A DNA stretch of 64,000 bases, taken from Camelus ferus. Taxonomy: Eukaryota. Under the pieces are notes generated by a model. The model did not search any database, was not told the DNA's origin, and saw only the letters and a program-made list of their open reading frames with translations. Both the position numbers and the translations under genes were made by a program. Location: contig NC_045697.1 in assembly GCF_009834535.1 (NCBI RefSeq), positions 115,384,001-115,448,000 on the forward strand, in the 5' to 3' direction. Position 1 is the first letter of the stretch. Each line of letters opens with the position of its first letter. Shown here piece by piece: positions 38,160-50,479 of the stretch.

Positions 38160-38351
38160 AGGTTGACAATATGTCCTGGGTTCCTGGGTCAGTCCAGTTT
38201 ACACCTGTCGTCCAGATATAATTAACTCCTTTTTTTTTTTTAAATCTTGAACTCCCAACTTATCCCTCTTAATAATTAAGTGAGGCTTACTGAAACTGTT
38301 TTCCTTCTCCAAAATGTCATTGGTTTGGATGATAAATTATATGGGGACCCT
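38160..38351 (+). mobile_element. MER94-like hAT-Blackjack MITE
   Basis: aggttgacaatatgtcctgggtt...ggatgataaattatatggggaccct, matching agggtgacc..ggtcaccct termini. Confidence 0.7.
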
Positions 38352-38906
38352 AAGTGTGTTCCACAGAGCAACATCCAAAGTAAACTGTAGAGTATGCAAT
38401 AAGAAAGATGAGAAATTAGAATAAAAATTCAAATTAGAAATAAGATTTGAGATTCACTCATGTAGAGAGTGGCTTTATTTATTGGAATAATAATTAATAA
38501 TAATAATTATTAATTAACTGTTGAGAAGATGGAAAAAGTAGAGGTTGGAAAGTAGATTTTACAAGCATGAAAAAGATAAAGACATTTAAGGATTCGGGGA
38601 GTTTTCAGTCACAAGAGGCAAACCAGGATGATGCGGTCTCGAAGAAAGTAAAGACAAAGGAGATTTGAGAAGACATAGGTGGCCCCCTGTCAAATAATGC
38701 AGATACCAAGGAATTAAAGACCAAAAGGAGTACATTGATTTTATGACTAAACCACCTATACAAAAAAATAAGCCTCTGGAATTTGAAGATAGCGTTATAT
38801 CCAACCTAATGTATACTGTCACGTTTGCTAAGAAAAAAAGCTGAGAAGCTAAGCTGTTTACCAGCATGAAATAGATATTTCGCCTTGCCCCGTCAGTCCC
38901 ACGTGG

Positions 38907-38938
38907 TGTAATACTACACGCTACCGGCAGATGGCAGC
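38907..38938 (+). promoter_or_regulatory. Candidate CTCF binding site (core plus upstream motif)
   Basis: Core CCGGCAGATGGCAGC at 38924-38938, against consensus CCASYAGRKGGCRS (one mismatch); TGTAATAC 9 bp upstream; CpGs retained locally. Confidence 0.55.
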
Positions 38939-39677
38939 AACATAAACACCACTCCCAAATGTTTCCCGTTCAAAAGGGAGTTTCCTGGGATGGGGTTTTT
39001 CCTTTACAAGGGAAATCTGATAATATTTGTTTAAAGATGAGTATCTTTTGGTTAAGAATCCAGGTATTAAACTGTTACTGAGCGAATGGGTAGTGGTGAA
39101 TTGGAGACAGTAATTCTGTGCTTTGAGTTCACAGTTTGGGTTTATCAAGGTTAAAAAGACACAGGCCTCCTGGAAAGAAACGTAAGCAGGAGAGACTAGG
39201 TCAGCAAGGAAGAGAGAAAAACTGGTACCGCTGGAGGCGTGAGGAAGGGAGGTCTCGAAGGAGGCAGGAGAAAGTAGGTTCAAAGGTGAGGGTGGAGTGA
39301 CTGGAGGTAAGGAATACGCAAAACTCTGTCACCGCAACAGGGGGAAAGTGACAACGCATAAAGATACAGGCAAGAACAACGTGAGATGAGGATTAGAAAC
39401 GCGTACTTAAGGGAGTTGTGGCTTTTTCAATTCCAGTGAACAGGTCCTTTGAGAACAAGAAGCGTTATGTTATTAAAACAAAAAATAAACACATTATATA
39501 CAATTTACACAATCCCTAAACGCACCAAACATACTTCCTGCGTGAAACTGATGGGCAGCAGGACCAGGCATCCTCTCCCCGCACCTTCTATCTGTTCGCG
39601 TGTTCTTCGTTCTTTAAGACGCTTCCCAAGTCCTATGTCCTTCCCCAAATCTGTCTTGACTGCTGTAGCCCACAGAG

Positions 39678-39683
39678 GTCTCC

Positions 39684-39714
<31 letters not shown>

Positions 39715-39720
39715 CTCCTC
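39678..39720 (+). repeat. (CT)n microsatellite
   Basis: Imperfect CT run. Confidence 0.9.
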
Positions 39721-40650
39721 CCCACCAAATACACATAGCATTTGCTGTGTGTTTCACGTATTTGGTACGTTACCATCTATGGTTCTGTACTGCTTTTCAC
39801 ATTATACATACATTTGTTTATATTTTAGGAATGATGGCAATCTCTTATGGGTTAAAGACTGTATAATTTTTGTTTTGTTTTGTGTCATAGCACTACTTCT
39901 AATTATTCTTCTGTGAACTAAATAAAAATACGATACACACAGATACAGAAGTGAAAGATTAAGAAACTATCTAAAAATAAAGATTTGTTTCAAGGCTATA
40001 CATATTGTTAACTAACATGAAGTAAGACAGAAAGTGCATCAGTTCTTTCAAAGGCAACAAATAATTAAAAAAGCACCCGTAAAAATTGCAATTGCTTTGT
40101 TCACACCCTGAGAATTCTTAAAGCATTTAATCACGCTATTGTAGTTAGTGTAGACATTAAAAAAATCTTACACAAAAGAACATTTAATCACAAGAGATAA
40201 TATTTCAGACTGATTTTGAAAGCAGGTTATAATATATTTTACTTTATGATTGTTTTGGTGGGAAAATACAAGTATGCCTAGAAATGAGATGTGAATATAC
40301 AATACAGATAATAATATTTAATATCTCAGGGTGGTTGAATTACAGTTGCTTTTGGGATTTTGTGTATACTTTTATTATATTCTAAGATGAATATGAAATT
40401 TAAAATAAGCGTATACTTTTTAAAGCACTTGGTCTGTCTTATAGAACAATTATAAAATTCATTAAATGACATCTATGAATATACTCAAAACAAGTAAGCT
40501 ATACTTAAGAGGAAGTATATTGCAATTACATGAAAACACTGGGCTGTGCCACAGCACATAAGGTCTATGTTGTAAATGTAATTGATCAATAGCTCATGAA
40601 TTTCATTGCTTCCAAATGTTATCAAAATAAGATTCAGTATGACAGATTTT

Positions 40651-40806
40651 TTTTGTTGTTGGCTTTGTTTTTGCTTTTTCTTTTTTTGAGGGGGTGTAGT
40701 AACTAGGCTTATGTGCTTATTTATGCTTGAAGGGGGTAGTGGGGATTGAACCTAGAACCTTTTGCATGCTAAACAGTCTACCACTTGGGCTGTACCTTCC
40801 TCCCCT
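40651..40806 (-). mobile_element. Vic-1-like SINE
   Basis: 'ggggattgaacctagaaccttttgcatgctaaac..taccacttgggctgtacc'; TSD agtatgacagatttt (40636-40650) / agtatgatagatttt (40807-40821). Confidence 0.9.
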
Positions 40807-40972
40807 AGTATGATAGATTTTTATATAGCATTGGCTCACTCACACAGCTGCTTTTATATATAAGGTGCTGTGATACATACTGAGAATGTATCACAAGAAA
40901 GGATTCTTGACCAGAATTTATGCACAGTTTGAAATGCTAAAACACATGCATACACACCACACACACATCAAA

Positions 40973-41828
40973 ATTATCACCTCACACCACTCAGCATATC
41001 CATCATTAAAAAGTCCACAAATGATAAATGCTGGAAAATTTGTGGATAAAAATTAACCCTCTTATACTGCTGATGGGAATGTAAATTGATGCAGCTACTA
41101 TGGAAAACAGTATGGAGTTTCCTTAAAAAAACTAAAAAATAGATTTATCTTATCCTGCATCCCACTCATGGGCATATCTGAAGAAAACTCTAACTCAAAA
41201 AGTTACATGCACCCCAATTTCACAGGAGCACTATCTACAGCAGCCAAGACATGGAAACAACCTAAATGTCCATCAAGAGAAGATTGGATAAAGAAGTTGT
41301 TGTATATACATTTATGCATTGGAATACTACTCAGCCATAAACAAGAATATAATAATGCCATTTGCAGCAACATGGATGGACCTGAAGATCATATTAAGTG
41401 AAGTAAGCCAAAAAGAGAAAGACAAATATCATATGATATTTATATGTGGAATCTAAAAGAATGATACAAATGAACTTATTTACAAAACAGAAACAGATTC
41501 ACAGACACAGAAAACAAACTTATGGTTACCAAAGCAGGGAGAGGAGGGGCAGGGAAAAATTGAGATTTGGGGATTAACAGATACACACTACTGTATATAA
41601 AATAGATAAACAACAAAGTCCTACTGTATAGCACAGGGAACTATATTCAATATCTTATAATAAACCATAATGGAAAAGAATATAAAAAAGAATATATACA
41701 TATGTATATCTACATGCATAAAGCGGAATCACTTTGCTGTGCACCTGAAATGAATACAACAGTGTAAATCAACTATAGTTAATTAAAAAAGAAAAAAGAG
41801 GAAAAGAAGAGTAAAAAAAAAAAAAAAA
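40973..41828 (+). mobile_element. 5'-truncated L1
   Basis: ORF2 C-terminus (AKTWKQPKCPS in ORF 41168-41401), 3'UTR and A-rich tail. Confidence 0.93.
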
Positions 41829-41873
41829 GCCACAGAGATAAGTTAGAAGCATGAAGGGGAGATTTACAGTCAC

Positions 41874-41939
41874 TGAATGTCCAGGAGTGACAAATTCTGT
41901 GAATGCCCAGGAGTGGCAAACACTGTGAGTATCCAGGAG
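41874..41939 (+). repeat. 26-bp degenerate tandem repeat (about 2.5 copies)
   Basis: tgaatgtccaggagtgacaaattctg / tgaatgcccaggagtggcaaacactg / tgagtatccaggag. Confidence 0.85.
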
Positions 41940-42816
41940 ATCCCAGACTCTGCTATCATTGTAAGCACTGTGGTGGGTTCTCTGAGTGAGAGAGGAAATT
42001 TTGTAAAATTTTAAGCATCAGTGATATGATCGTAATTTGATTTCGATTTGAAAAGCAGCTCTCTGAGCTGAGAGTGTGGACTGGCCCCCAAAATTCAAGG
42101 CATGAAGCAGGGATATCCATCAGGTGGGCAGAACAAAAACCCAAGGGAAAGATGACAGTGGTGTGGGTGGTCACAGTGAAGATAGTTAGAAAATTGTTCG
42201 ATTCTGAAAATATTGTTGAGAAAAACAGCAGATCACAATGTTTCACAGAGAGAAGGAGGCAATTTATAAATCAGTAAAATAAAGACTTGAATTGATTTTT
42301 TTATGTGGCATTCCAGAGGTCAATATTTTCAGAAGAATACAGGAACAGAAGCTATATGTATAAGCTGAGACTAAATAAGAATTCATACTAGAGGATGTAT
42401 TTGTTCCTTATCTAGCTTTGTGAAACAGTTTCTATCCCCTGTTCTGGAGTGTATATCTCAGTTGTCACGTCTCTGAGAATAAATATTTTGTTTAAGTTGC
42501 CTGATTGCAGTTAGCTTTGCGTCATTCCTAATTCTAAAAAAGGAAGAAAGAAATAGAGGAAAGAAGGGTGTATAAAATGTTTTAGAGAAGAGAGGACACA
42601 GGAGTGGGTGGAAGTTGATTAAAATCGCGATCAGTCAGCACTTCCTTTGGAGTCTGAGAGGCCAGCTGCTAGTGGGCAAATCTCAAGGGACTGGCTAATG
42701 GCTGGGGAGGGGGAGTATGATGAGGCTACGTCTGAGAGGGCAAACAGTCTAAGGAGATGGCATCTAAGTCAGTCACAAAGTAGTCAGTTCAAGAGGAAGA
42801 GCCTTCGTCCAAGGAT

Positions 42817-43341
42817 GCTGGATGCGGGGGAGAACGAACTTGTGAAACCATCCACATGGTCAGGCCATTCAAGATGGCTGTTCTCTTGCTCTCAGTACAT
42901 CCCCTCCTTGGCCAGTGCCTGCCTCACCTACACCCTCCTCATCTGACTGACCTTCCCTCTTTAGTAAATGCCCACATACTTGCCCCCGGCCACAACTAGT
43001 GATTGCTCTAATCTTTAGATTAGAATATCTCCACCATGATAGCTTATCCAAGGAGAGGTGAGGGGGCGGGATCCTCCGCTGGTTTCCCTGGTAACCAGTG
43101 AGCCAACCTGTTGTCAGCTCCCCCAGTAACTGGTAACCACTCCCCCATAGCAAAGATGGAGCCATAGTTTGCCCATCATCTGACACACACAGTGGTGTGT
43201 CGCCCAGGACCTTGCTTCAGACATGTAAGGTCCCCTCAAGCATTAAACCATTGATGTTTCTGTCACTGACTCTGGGGTCTTTCTTTAGTGTTGAGGCTGG
43301 GCAAGCAAATAGCTGGCAGGCCTGTGGGGTGCAGACCAACG
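42817..43341 (+). mobile_element. Probable solo LTR
   Basis: GC-rich block with 'caagatggc', ATTAAA near 43242, U5-like 'gactctggggtctttct', ending gaccaacg; no TSD found and left boundary uncertain. Confidence 0.6.
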
Positions 43342-43485
43342 CCATCTGAGGCAGTGGTGACTGAGATGGTGAGACCAACCACAGGCTTTGCAGGAATTCC
43401 CCAGCAGACGAGTGGTGATAACAGACAAGAGCACTGGGGTGTAAGAGGTCCTTCCTCTTCCCTCCACCCAGTTCTAGCTTTGGAA

Positions 43486-43499
43486 CCTGCAGGGGGCAG
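43486..43499 (+). promoter_or_regulatory. Candidate CTCF core motif
   Basis: CCTGCAGGGGGCAG against CCASYAGRKGGCRS (one mismatch). Confidence 0.4.
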
Positions 43500-44311
43500 A
43501 CGAACGGCACAAGCGATGCTCACATCTGATTATTACATGGAGACCACTGAAGACCCAGAGCTCCTAAACCAGACAAAGCAAATGGGAACCTTGTCGTCAG
43601 TATTCCTACGTTGCTCCAGGGATGCAGGCTTAAGCTGTCCCAGCTCGGAGGGCATTCTCAAAACAAGTTAGATGATTCCTCTGACGGCAGACATCTTCCC
43701 GTCTGTCTTTTCTCTGCTTCGGGGGCAGCCAGCACTTCTCTCTGCCCTTCTGTTGCAGACACATGAGAGGGACTTTGAGCAACTCATTGTAGCTTGGGTC
43801 TAAGAAGAAGGCGTACAGGTGATAAACGACGAGGCTAAAGATGTGGAGAGACCCTTCCATGGAGGGCCGGCTCTAGCGAGCTAGCGAGTCTGTAGGTGAT
43901 GCTTGCTCAGTGCGGGGGCACAGGGGACAGAGGAGGTCCCTGGACAAGGAAACACCATGATCAGTATCACAGGAGGGTAAACAGACAGCAGGAGAGGAGT
44001 TCGGAGTTGTCCACGTTGAGACTGCTGTCCCTTCTCGGGCATATAAATGGAGTTGCTGAGAAAGAAATTGAATAAGCAACTTTAGAACTTGAGAAAGGCT
44101 TGTAAGCTGGTTAAAGAAGGGAGGAGCAAAGCTCCCACCTGGAGAGAGCACAGCTCCTAAATCCTGAAGAACTCACAGTTTAAGGAGTGGAGGATTAGGA
44201 GTTCAGAAATTCACAGAAGAGACATCTGAGACGGAGGACCACAGCCAGGGAAAAAGCCTCTCATTGAAGTCAAAGAGTTTAAAGAAGTCATTTCCCTCAG
44301 TGACAGGTAAC

Positions 44312-44482
44312 TAGTGACGTCCTCGTAAATGCTGACCAAGCCCCTGGGCGTCGGGAGGAGAGGGTGATTTGCAGTGTTTGCTGACTTCGATGCTATAAAT
44401 GTTCTGGAAACGGCTGATTTTTCAAACCGCTAACGTGATGTCAGGTGGCTGTCACAATTCCTGAAATTTTACAGTCGGCTCT
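44312..44482 (+). mobile_element. MER63-like hAT-Blackjack fragment
   Basis: 'tgatttgcagtgtttgctgacttc..tataaat..ggctgattt..ctaacgtgatgtca..cagtcggctc'. Confidence 0.6.
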
Positions 44483-47400
44483 TTTGCGTGGATGAAAGGT
44501 GGACGCTCTTATTACACCATCTAGTTGAACTAAAACGGCCTTGGGAATTCATTTCATTACGACCTTGGGTCATGGAGACACTTTTCTATGTGTGCAGGGG
44601 CGAGGGAGACGGGGCAGAAGGAGGGGTGGTTCCTGAGAGCCCTGAGTACCCTGCCCCTTGGCTTCTCGCAAAAGCCTTTTGTTCTGCGTTGTTGACATCC
44701 TGTCACGCTAAACAGATCTTGGATCTTCCAGATACTTGGAATTATACACATTTCTTTCTTATCCATTGACTAACAGATGGGCAAAGTTTTAATTCCTCAG
44801 ACATGTACAAGTACAAGCAGTGATGTTTGTCTTAGAAATAAGAATACAAAAAATCATGTCTCATTTCAAAGTTTAGTAATAGTACATCATGTGACATTAA
44901 AAATTAAAAGAATGCAGTTTTAATATTTTGGATGCTTTTTATCCCAATCTTTTTGACAATTTGCACCTGGTTATTCACATATTTGGAAAAGAACTAGAAT
45001 CTAGAAAGTATATATACTTGGACCACACCTAACCTATATATATATATTATTTTTTGGAACAGATAATTCAGTATTCTCAATGTCTGAATAACACAAAAAT
45101 AATATATACCACAGAGATCTTTATGTATCAATTAATTATGCATTCCCCACTTAATTTTATTTGATACCCATCAAAAATGTTTACAAAGTTTTCTATGAAA
45201 GGCATTCAATAAAATTGCTAAGTTGCAGATTAGAAGAAGAGAAAAGAAGTAATAATTTCAAAGGAAGAAATGCCAGTCCAGGAAAATAAATATTCATACA
45301 GATTTGCACGTTCTTTAAGAGCACTTCATGTGTATAAGATCATCTGCTATTAAAGCTGAATAATACTATGTTTTCATTCCACTGATTGAATACATTTCAA
45401 CAAAACCCATACCTTAGGTTTCTGTTGAAGTTGGTTAGCCCCGCAACGTTGGGAGAATTTATCGTTTGGAAGAAGGACCAGGTTGGCCCTAGGACTTAGC
45501 ATATATGTCACCTACGGGGCTCAGTTGCCTGGCACCAGCTCCCAAGGCCTCTCGTGGCCCACTCATCCTCGCACCCTTTGTTTCTTACCAGAGTACATCT
45601 TTTTGCTATCTGGAAAGCTAGACGAAACACATACTACAGTAAGCTAGAGCTTTGTTACGTCATTTTCCACTGAAATCACTTTCTGGGTTCTGTACTGCAC
45701 GTGAGTTTGACTAGAGCTTTCGTCATGGGCCCAAAAGGCAGCGGGATTCCATCTGATTCTCTCCTGATAGCAAATCCTGTCTGGTCGCCACTATAGAAAA
45801 GTGTCGGTTACTGCTGACATCATTCATTCGGCTTTCCCATCCTTTTAAAGGTCTAGTAAATTTTCAAACATGGACCTTCTTCTTTTGTTTGGGGATAAGC
45901 TTTGTTTGGATTCTATTAATCGACTCCTGGAAAATTTCTTCTTATTGTTAATATGTGATTTTTTTTTTCCGCCTGGACTTCTTGTTGGTTATTTACTGGC
46001 TGGTCTTACTTTTGTTGCTTGAGAGATTTTTTAAATCTATGATAAATAAGCACCTGCATATTGGTACCCATTCTGAAGCCTCCTGTACAGAGTTACCCAT
46101 GAAAGTCAAATTTAATCATGAATGAATATCTTCAAATCAGAATGTTAAACCTTGTGATTTTTTTATTTTGGCTCATGTTTGAAATGATTGGTTATCATGG
46201 ATTCTCATTCATGATGCCTGTTCCTTGTGATTGACAGTCACATAAATCATTATTATTACTTACTAGTGGCTTTAGAGGATTACTATCTCTTGGCCTCCAA
46301 AAAGTGAATTTCATGTACACGTCTTAAGCTTCTACTTTCAGATGAGCATGGTTTTCTAAGTTTATTGAAAATTTGTTTTCGTTTCATCTAATAATGGACA
46401 AAGTAGTCTAAAACGTATTTTTACTAATTTAGATTAATAAATCTTGCTAATACATGCCTTTTAATGATTTGTTTTGACTAGAAAAATCACTTTCATGGGC
46501 AAAATCACTTTCAATGATCAAGTTAATGTCCTACTGCAACATTTGTTCTGTTATGCTAATTGTGAGAGCATCTTTGTGTGATTTTTCTCTGAATATAATT
46601 TGTACAGTCAGTAAACTCTCTCTGACGTTGTCCATAATAATAGTTTCATTTTGATGGCAAGTGAATGCATAAGAGTTTTTGGTTTGCTTTGGTCTCCCAA
46701 GATATATCTACCACCATATAAATCTCTCTTACATTCTGTTACCAAACCAAACTGTGTGCAATTGTAAAACAAATATACAATGAGCACAAAAAAATGTAAC
46801 CCAACAGGTGTGTAAACATAAAGTGCTCAAGAAAGCGTCATTGAGAAAATGATCTATTAAGAGAATGTCCACAAAGTAGACAGATAATATTCTAACTGAG
46901 AGCACTTCCCTGAAATGTTTTTTGTGTCCAGCCAGAAAGATAGTCTCTAACATCAATTAGCATATCTTTGCTCTTCATTGGAATCTCCAATTGTAGGGTA
47001 CATCGTTCTTTTGAATATCGGTTCATTGACATCAATGATTTTTCTCAATCTTCCATGCTGTTTAACACTGCTACTGTAATTTTTTTAAAAGACATTACTT
47101 CTATCAACTCCTATACCCCTGAAAGAGAATGCTCGTACCACACTGACAGGCAGGCAATGCCGGGGGATCTAGTCACACATTATCTATCAGATGCATTGCG
47201 AAAAAACAGTTTTCATTGTCACTGTCAGTTATTTACTATTTTGTTGCCACAGCCATCGTGTACAGAGGCTGTGGGATTTCTTTTGCAGATTATGGCCTGT
47301 TTCATGATTTAATGTCAAAGCCAACTTCTTAGTAGAATAATACACATGAATAAATGTAACCTTCAGCTGAAGGATTAGTTTTTGGAACCTGCTATCATCC

Positions 47401-47983
47401 TGTTTTCCCCTTCTTTCCAAATATAAATAAGGTAGCCAATCACCTTTGTTTGTAGTTCTTATTGAAAGGTCTTGAAGTGGTTAGTTTTCTCCACTTGCTA
47501 AAGGTAAGTCTTTATACATGATATAAAGACATTTGCTTTTACAGATATTGTTATTTCTTTATGTTAAGGGCAGTAACTTTATGTTTGGAAAGTTCAGAAC
47601 AGAAATCAGACCGGAAAGACATCATGGAACGTTGTAACCATCACCTGTGGTTGTTAATTGTCCCCATGTAGATTTATCCACTAGAGGCGATATTTTCCAT
47701 GTAAAAGTGTCTGGAATTCCATCCACACAGGTGTCTTTTTATCAAATATAACTTCTTTCAGGAACAGACGCATTCACATTTTTCAACAAAAGTTAGCATG
47801 ATAAAAAAATCCATATGTATGTTTCATATTATTTAATTATGTAAAGGTTTATATACACATGTTTTTATTTGTTAGTTTTTTGCACAATCAGGGTAAAAGA
47901 AGTACACATTAAAGCAAATAAAACATTGGATTCGTAGGAAGAAATCACCAATTTAGGAACATAACCCTGAAAGTGATGGGTAC

Positions 47984-48469
47984 TGTGAATGAAAAATACT
48001 GCAAACCACATCTATAAACAAAGAATGCTGAAACGATCAAGTCATCAGTGGCTGCCGCCACCTGCCCCCTCCAGGTGAAGACCAGCCTGCAGCCCAGCCT
48101 CTGCAGCCACTCACAATGGTGCACCCTGAGGGGACTCAGAATAAGAAAGGACAGGACACTGGCCCTAGGCAGCTAGGTGCTTGTCAAAGGAATGAATTCA
48201 ATGAGCCCAAATGTTTGCCTCCTCCCATATACAGAAGAGCAGTTAATTCCTTAACTTGAGATATCTGGTTTTCTTTAATTAGCAGTAATCTTTTAATGTT
48301 CCAGCTACCTGGTCTTTGTTGTAAAACTCCTATATATCCTGGCTTCTCCTCTACCTCTTCAGAGCAGCACCTCAGAGCGATCTGAGAGACTGTCATCCCA
48401 ACTCAAGTCCTTCCCGCCAAATAAAACATAAATCTCAATTTTCAGGCTGTGCATTTATTTCAGTCAACA
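47984..48469 (+). mobile_element. Solo ERV1 LTR (MER41-like artiodactyl family)
   Basis: tgtgaatgaaaa...ttcagtcaaca; TSD gtac/gtat; TATA 'cctatatatcc'; AATAAA near 48420. Confidence 0.88.
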
Positions 48470-48600
48470 GTATGTAAACAAGGATGGGGTAAGGATCTCA
48501 ATGGGATCCTGGTTAAAACAATGGAAAGGAAAGGATGAAACAAGTATTCACAGGGGAGTAGAAGCAAGAGGGAGGAAGTAGTCAAGAAATAACCCAACAT

Positions 48601-49036
48601 TATATAAAGACACCACATCTTTATCCAGTCATCTGTCATTAGGTTGCTTCCATGTCTTGGCTATTGTAAATAGTGCTGCTATGAACATTGGGGTGCATAT
48701 ATCTTTATGAATGAGAATTCCCTCCAGATATATGCCCAGGAGCGGGATTGCTGGATCATAGGTAGGTCTATTTTTAGACATAGAAAACAAACTTATGGTT
48801 ACCAGAGTGGAAAAGGGGTGGGAGTTCAAGATTTGCAGATATTAAATATTATATATAAAATAGACAAACAGCAAGGTCCTACTGTATAGCACAGGAAACT
48901 ATATTCAATATCTTGTAGTGACCTATAATAAAAAGAACATAAAAAGGAATATATGTATGTTCCTGTACGACTGAAGCATTATGCTGTACACCAGAAATTG
49001 ACACAACATTGTCAACTGACTCTACTTCAATGAAAA

Positions 49037-49071
<35 letters not shown>

Positions 49072-49075
49072 ATAT
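48601..49075 (+). mobile_element. L1 with 5' inversion (about 48601-48775 antisense, 48776-49075 sense)
   Basis: Antisense ORF2 end joined to sense 3'UTR and an (AAAT)n tail; aacccaaca on both flanks. Confidence 0.88.
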
Positions 49076-49679
49076 ATGGAACCCAACAATTCTCTGATTG
49101 GAATAGAGAAGAATGTGAATGACCTTCACATGTGCTAAAACAAGATGTTACCAGATAATCCCAATTATCATACTGTTTGCAAAGACACCTAAAACCAGTG
49201 GATAAAGGATTCCAAAGGGATAAAACGCTGCATGAAATTCCCCTTTCTCGTCAAGCGCACAGTGGAGAAAGCATTCGTACATGGGAATTATAATAGAATT
49301 GGGAACAGGACATGCAGGAGTGTGAATGCCTCCCAGACAAGGAAACCCAGGCAAGCCCTGGGTGAGCCTGTGGGCGGGCACGTCAGGCTTAAGTGCAAAG
49401 AAGACACAGAAGCAAGGGTAGCTTTACTAAGTAAGCGCAGAGAGGGGTGGGGCTGCCCAGTCTTGCAGTTTTACAACAATTTAGTCTAACAAGCTCATGG
49501 TTTTGATGTTTTACGTTCTCAAATTTCTATAGTGCTATGGGTCTCTGGGCCTGAAGTCAGCAAGTCTGAGAGTCTTAAAATCACATAGATTCCCAGTCTC
49601 GTATTCTTTTAATCTCCCAGTCTCCCAGTTTTAAAGAAAAAAAAAAAAAAACAATCTGAGTCTCCAATTCTTCAAAGTA

Positions 49680-50181
49680 TAAGGAATATCTCATTTTATT
49701 GCCCTTTGTTTTATTGTGCTTTGCAGATATTGCATTTTATACAAATTAAAGATCTGTAGTAATCCTGGCTCAAGCGAGTCTATTAGCAGCATTTTTCCAA
49801 CATCATTTCTCACTTTGTCTCTGTGTCATATTTTGATAATTCTCAAAATACTGCAAACATTTTTATTATTATTGTATTTACTATGATCATCATCTGAGAT
49901 TAGTGATCTCTGATGTTACTATTACAAAAAGATTGTGATTCACTGAAGGCTTCAATGATGATTAATTTTTTTTTTAGCAATAAAGGACTTTTTAATTCAG
50001 GCATGAACATTTTTTTTTAGACATATTTCTATTGCACACTTGACAGACTACAGTATAGTGTAAATGTACCTCACCTGCACTGGGAGACCAAAGCATTCAT
50101 GTGGCTAACTTTCCTGTGATATTCTCTCCGCTGGGGATGATGTTCTGGAACTGAACCAGCGATACCTCCAAGACATGCCTG
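49680..50181 (+). mobile_element. Internally deleted Tigger1-like DNA transposon
   Basis: 'ttttattgtgctttgcagatattgc', 'gactacagtatagtgtaaa', right TIR 'gacatgcctg' followed by TA. Confidence 0.88.
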
Positions 50182-50479
50182 TATTGCAGCGTGAGGTCTG
50201 AAAACACAAGGCACTCTCTTCTTGAGAGAGAAGCCTGAACTCATAAAGCATTTTCCAACAGAGGTGATCTGAGTCTCACCTAATTATCACCTAATTAAAT
50301 TTCTGTTTTAATGAAATTATGAGCCCTTTAGCCATGCAGAAGTTGAGAATATTTGAAAGCATAGATCTTAGACTCCTTGTTCCTAAAGCCATAGCAGAAC
50401 TAAAACCATAACCCTACTCCAATGCTGCTCAAAATCTAATTATCTGGTTGGATCAAACTACTATCCTTGTATCCTGGCT

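Noticed and set aside
39449..39916. Longest ORF (155 aa)
   Set aside because: It has a non-ATG start, runs through a (CT)n repeat and L2-like sequence, and has no recognisable domain.
42647..44151. Cluster of overlapping ORFs suggesting a gene or processed pseudogene
   Set aside because: Explained by higher GC content (fewer stops) in LTR- and L2-derived sequence; no consistent frame, poly(A) tail or TSD.
47678..47691. CTCF-like CCACTAGAGGCGAT
   Set aside because: One base short in the core (AGAGGC rather than AGAGGGC), so the GGC falls out of register.
47984..48469. MER41-like LTR as a STAT1/interferon enhancer
   Set aside because: I found no TTC-N3-GAA motif in this copy.
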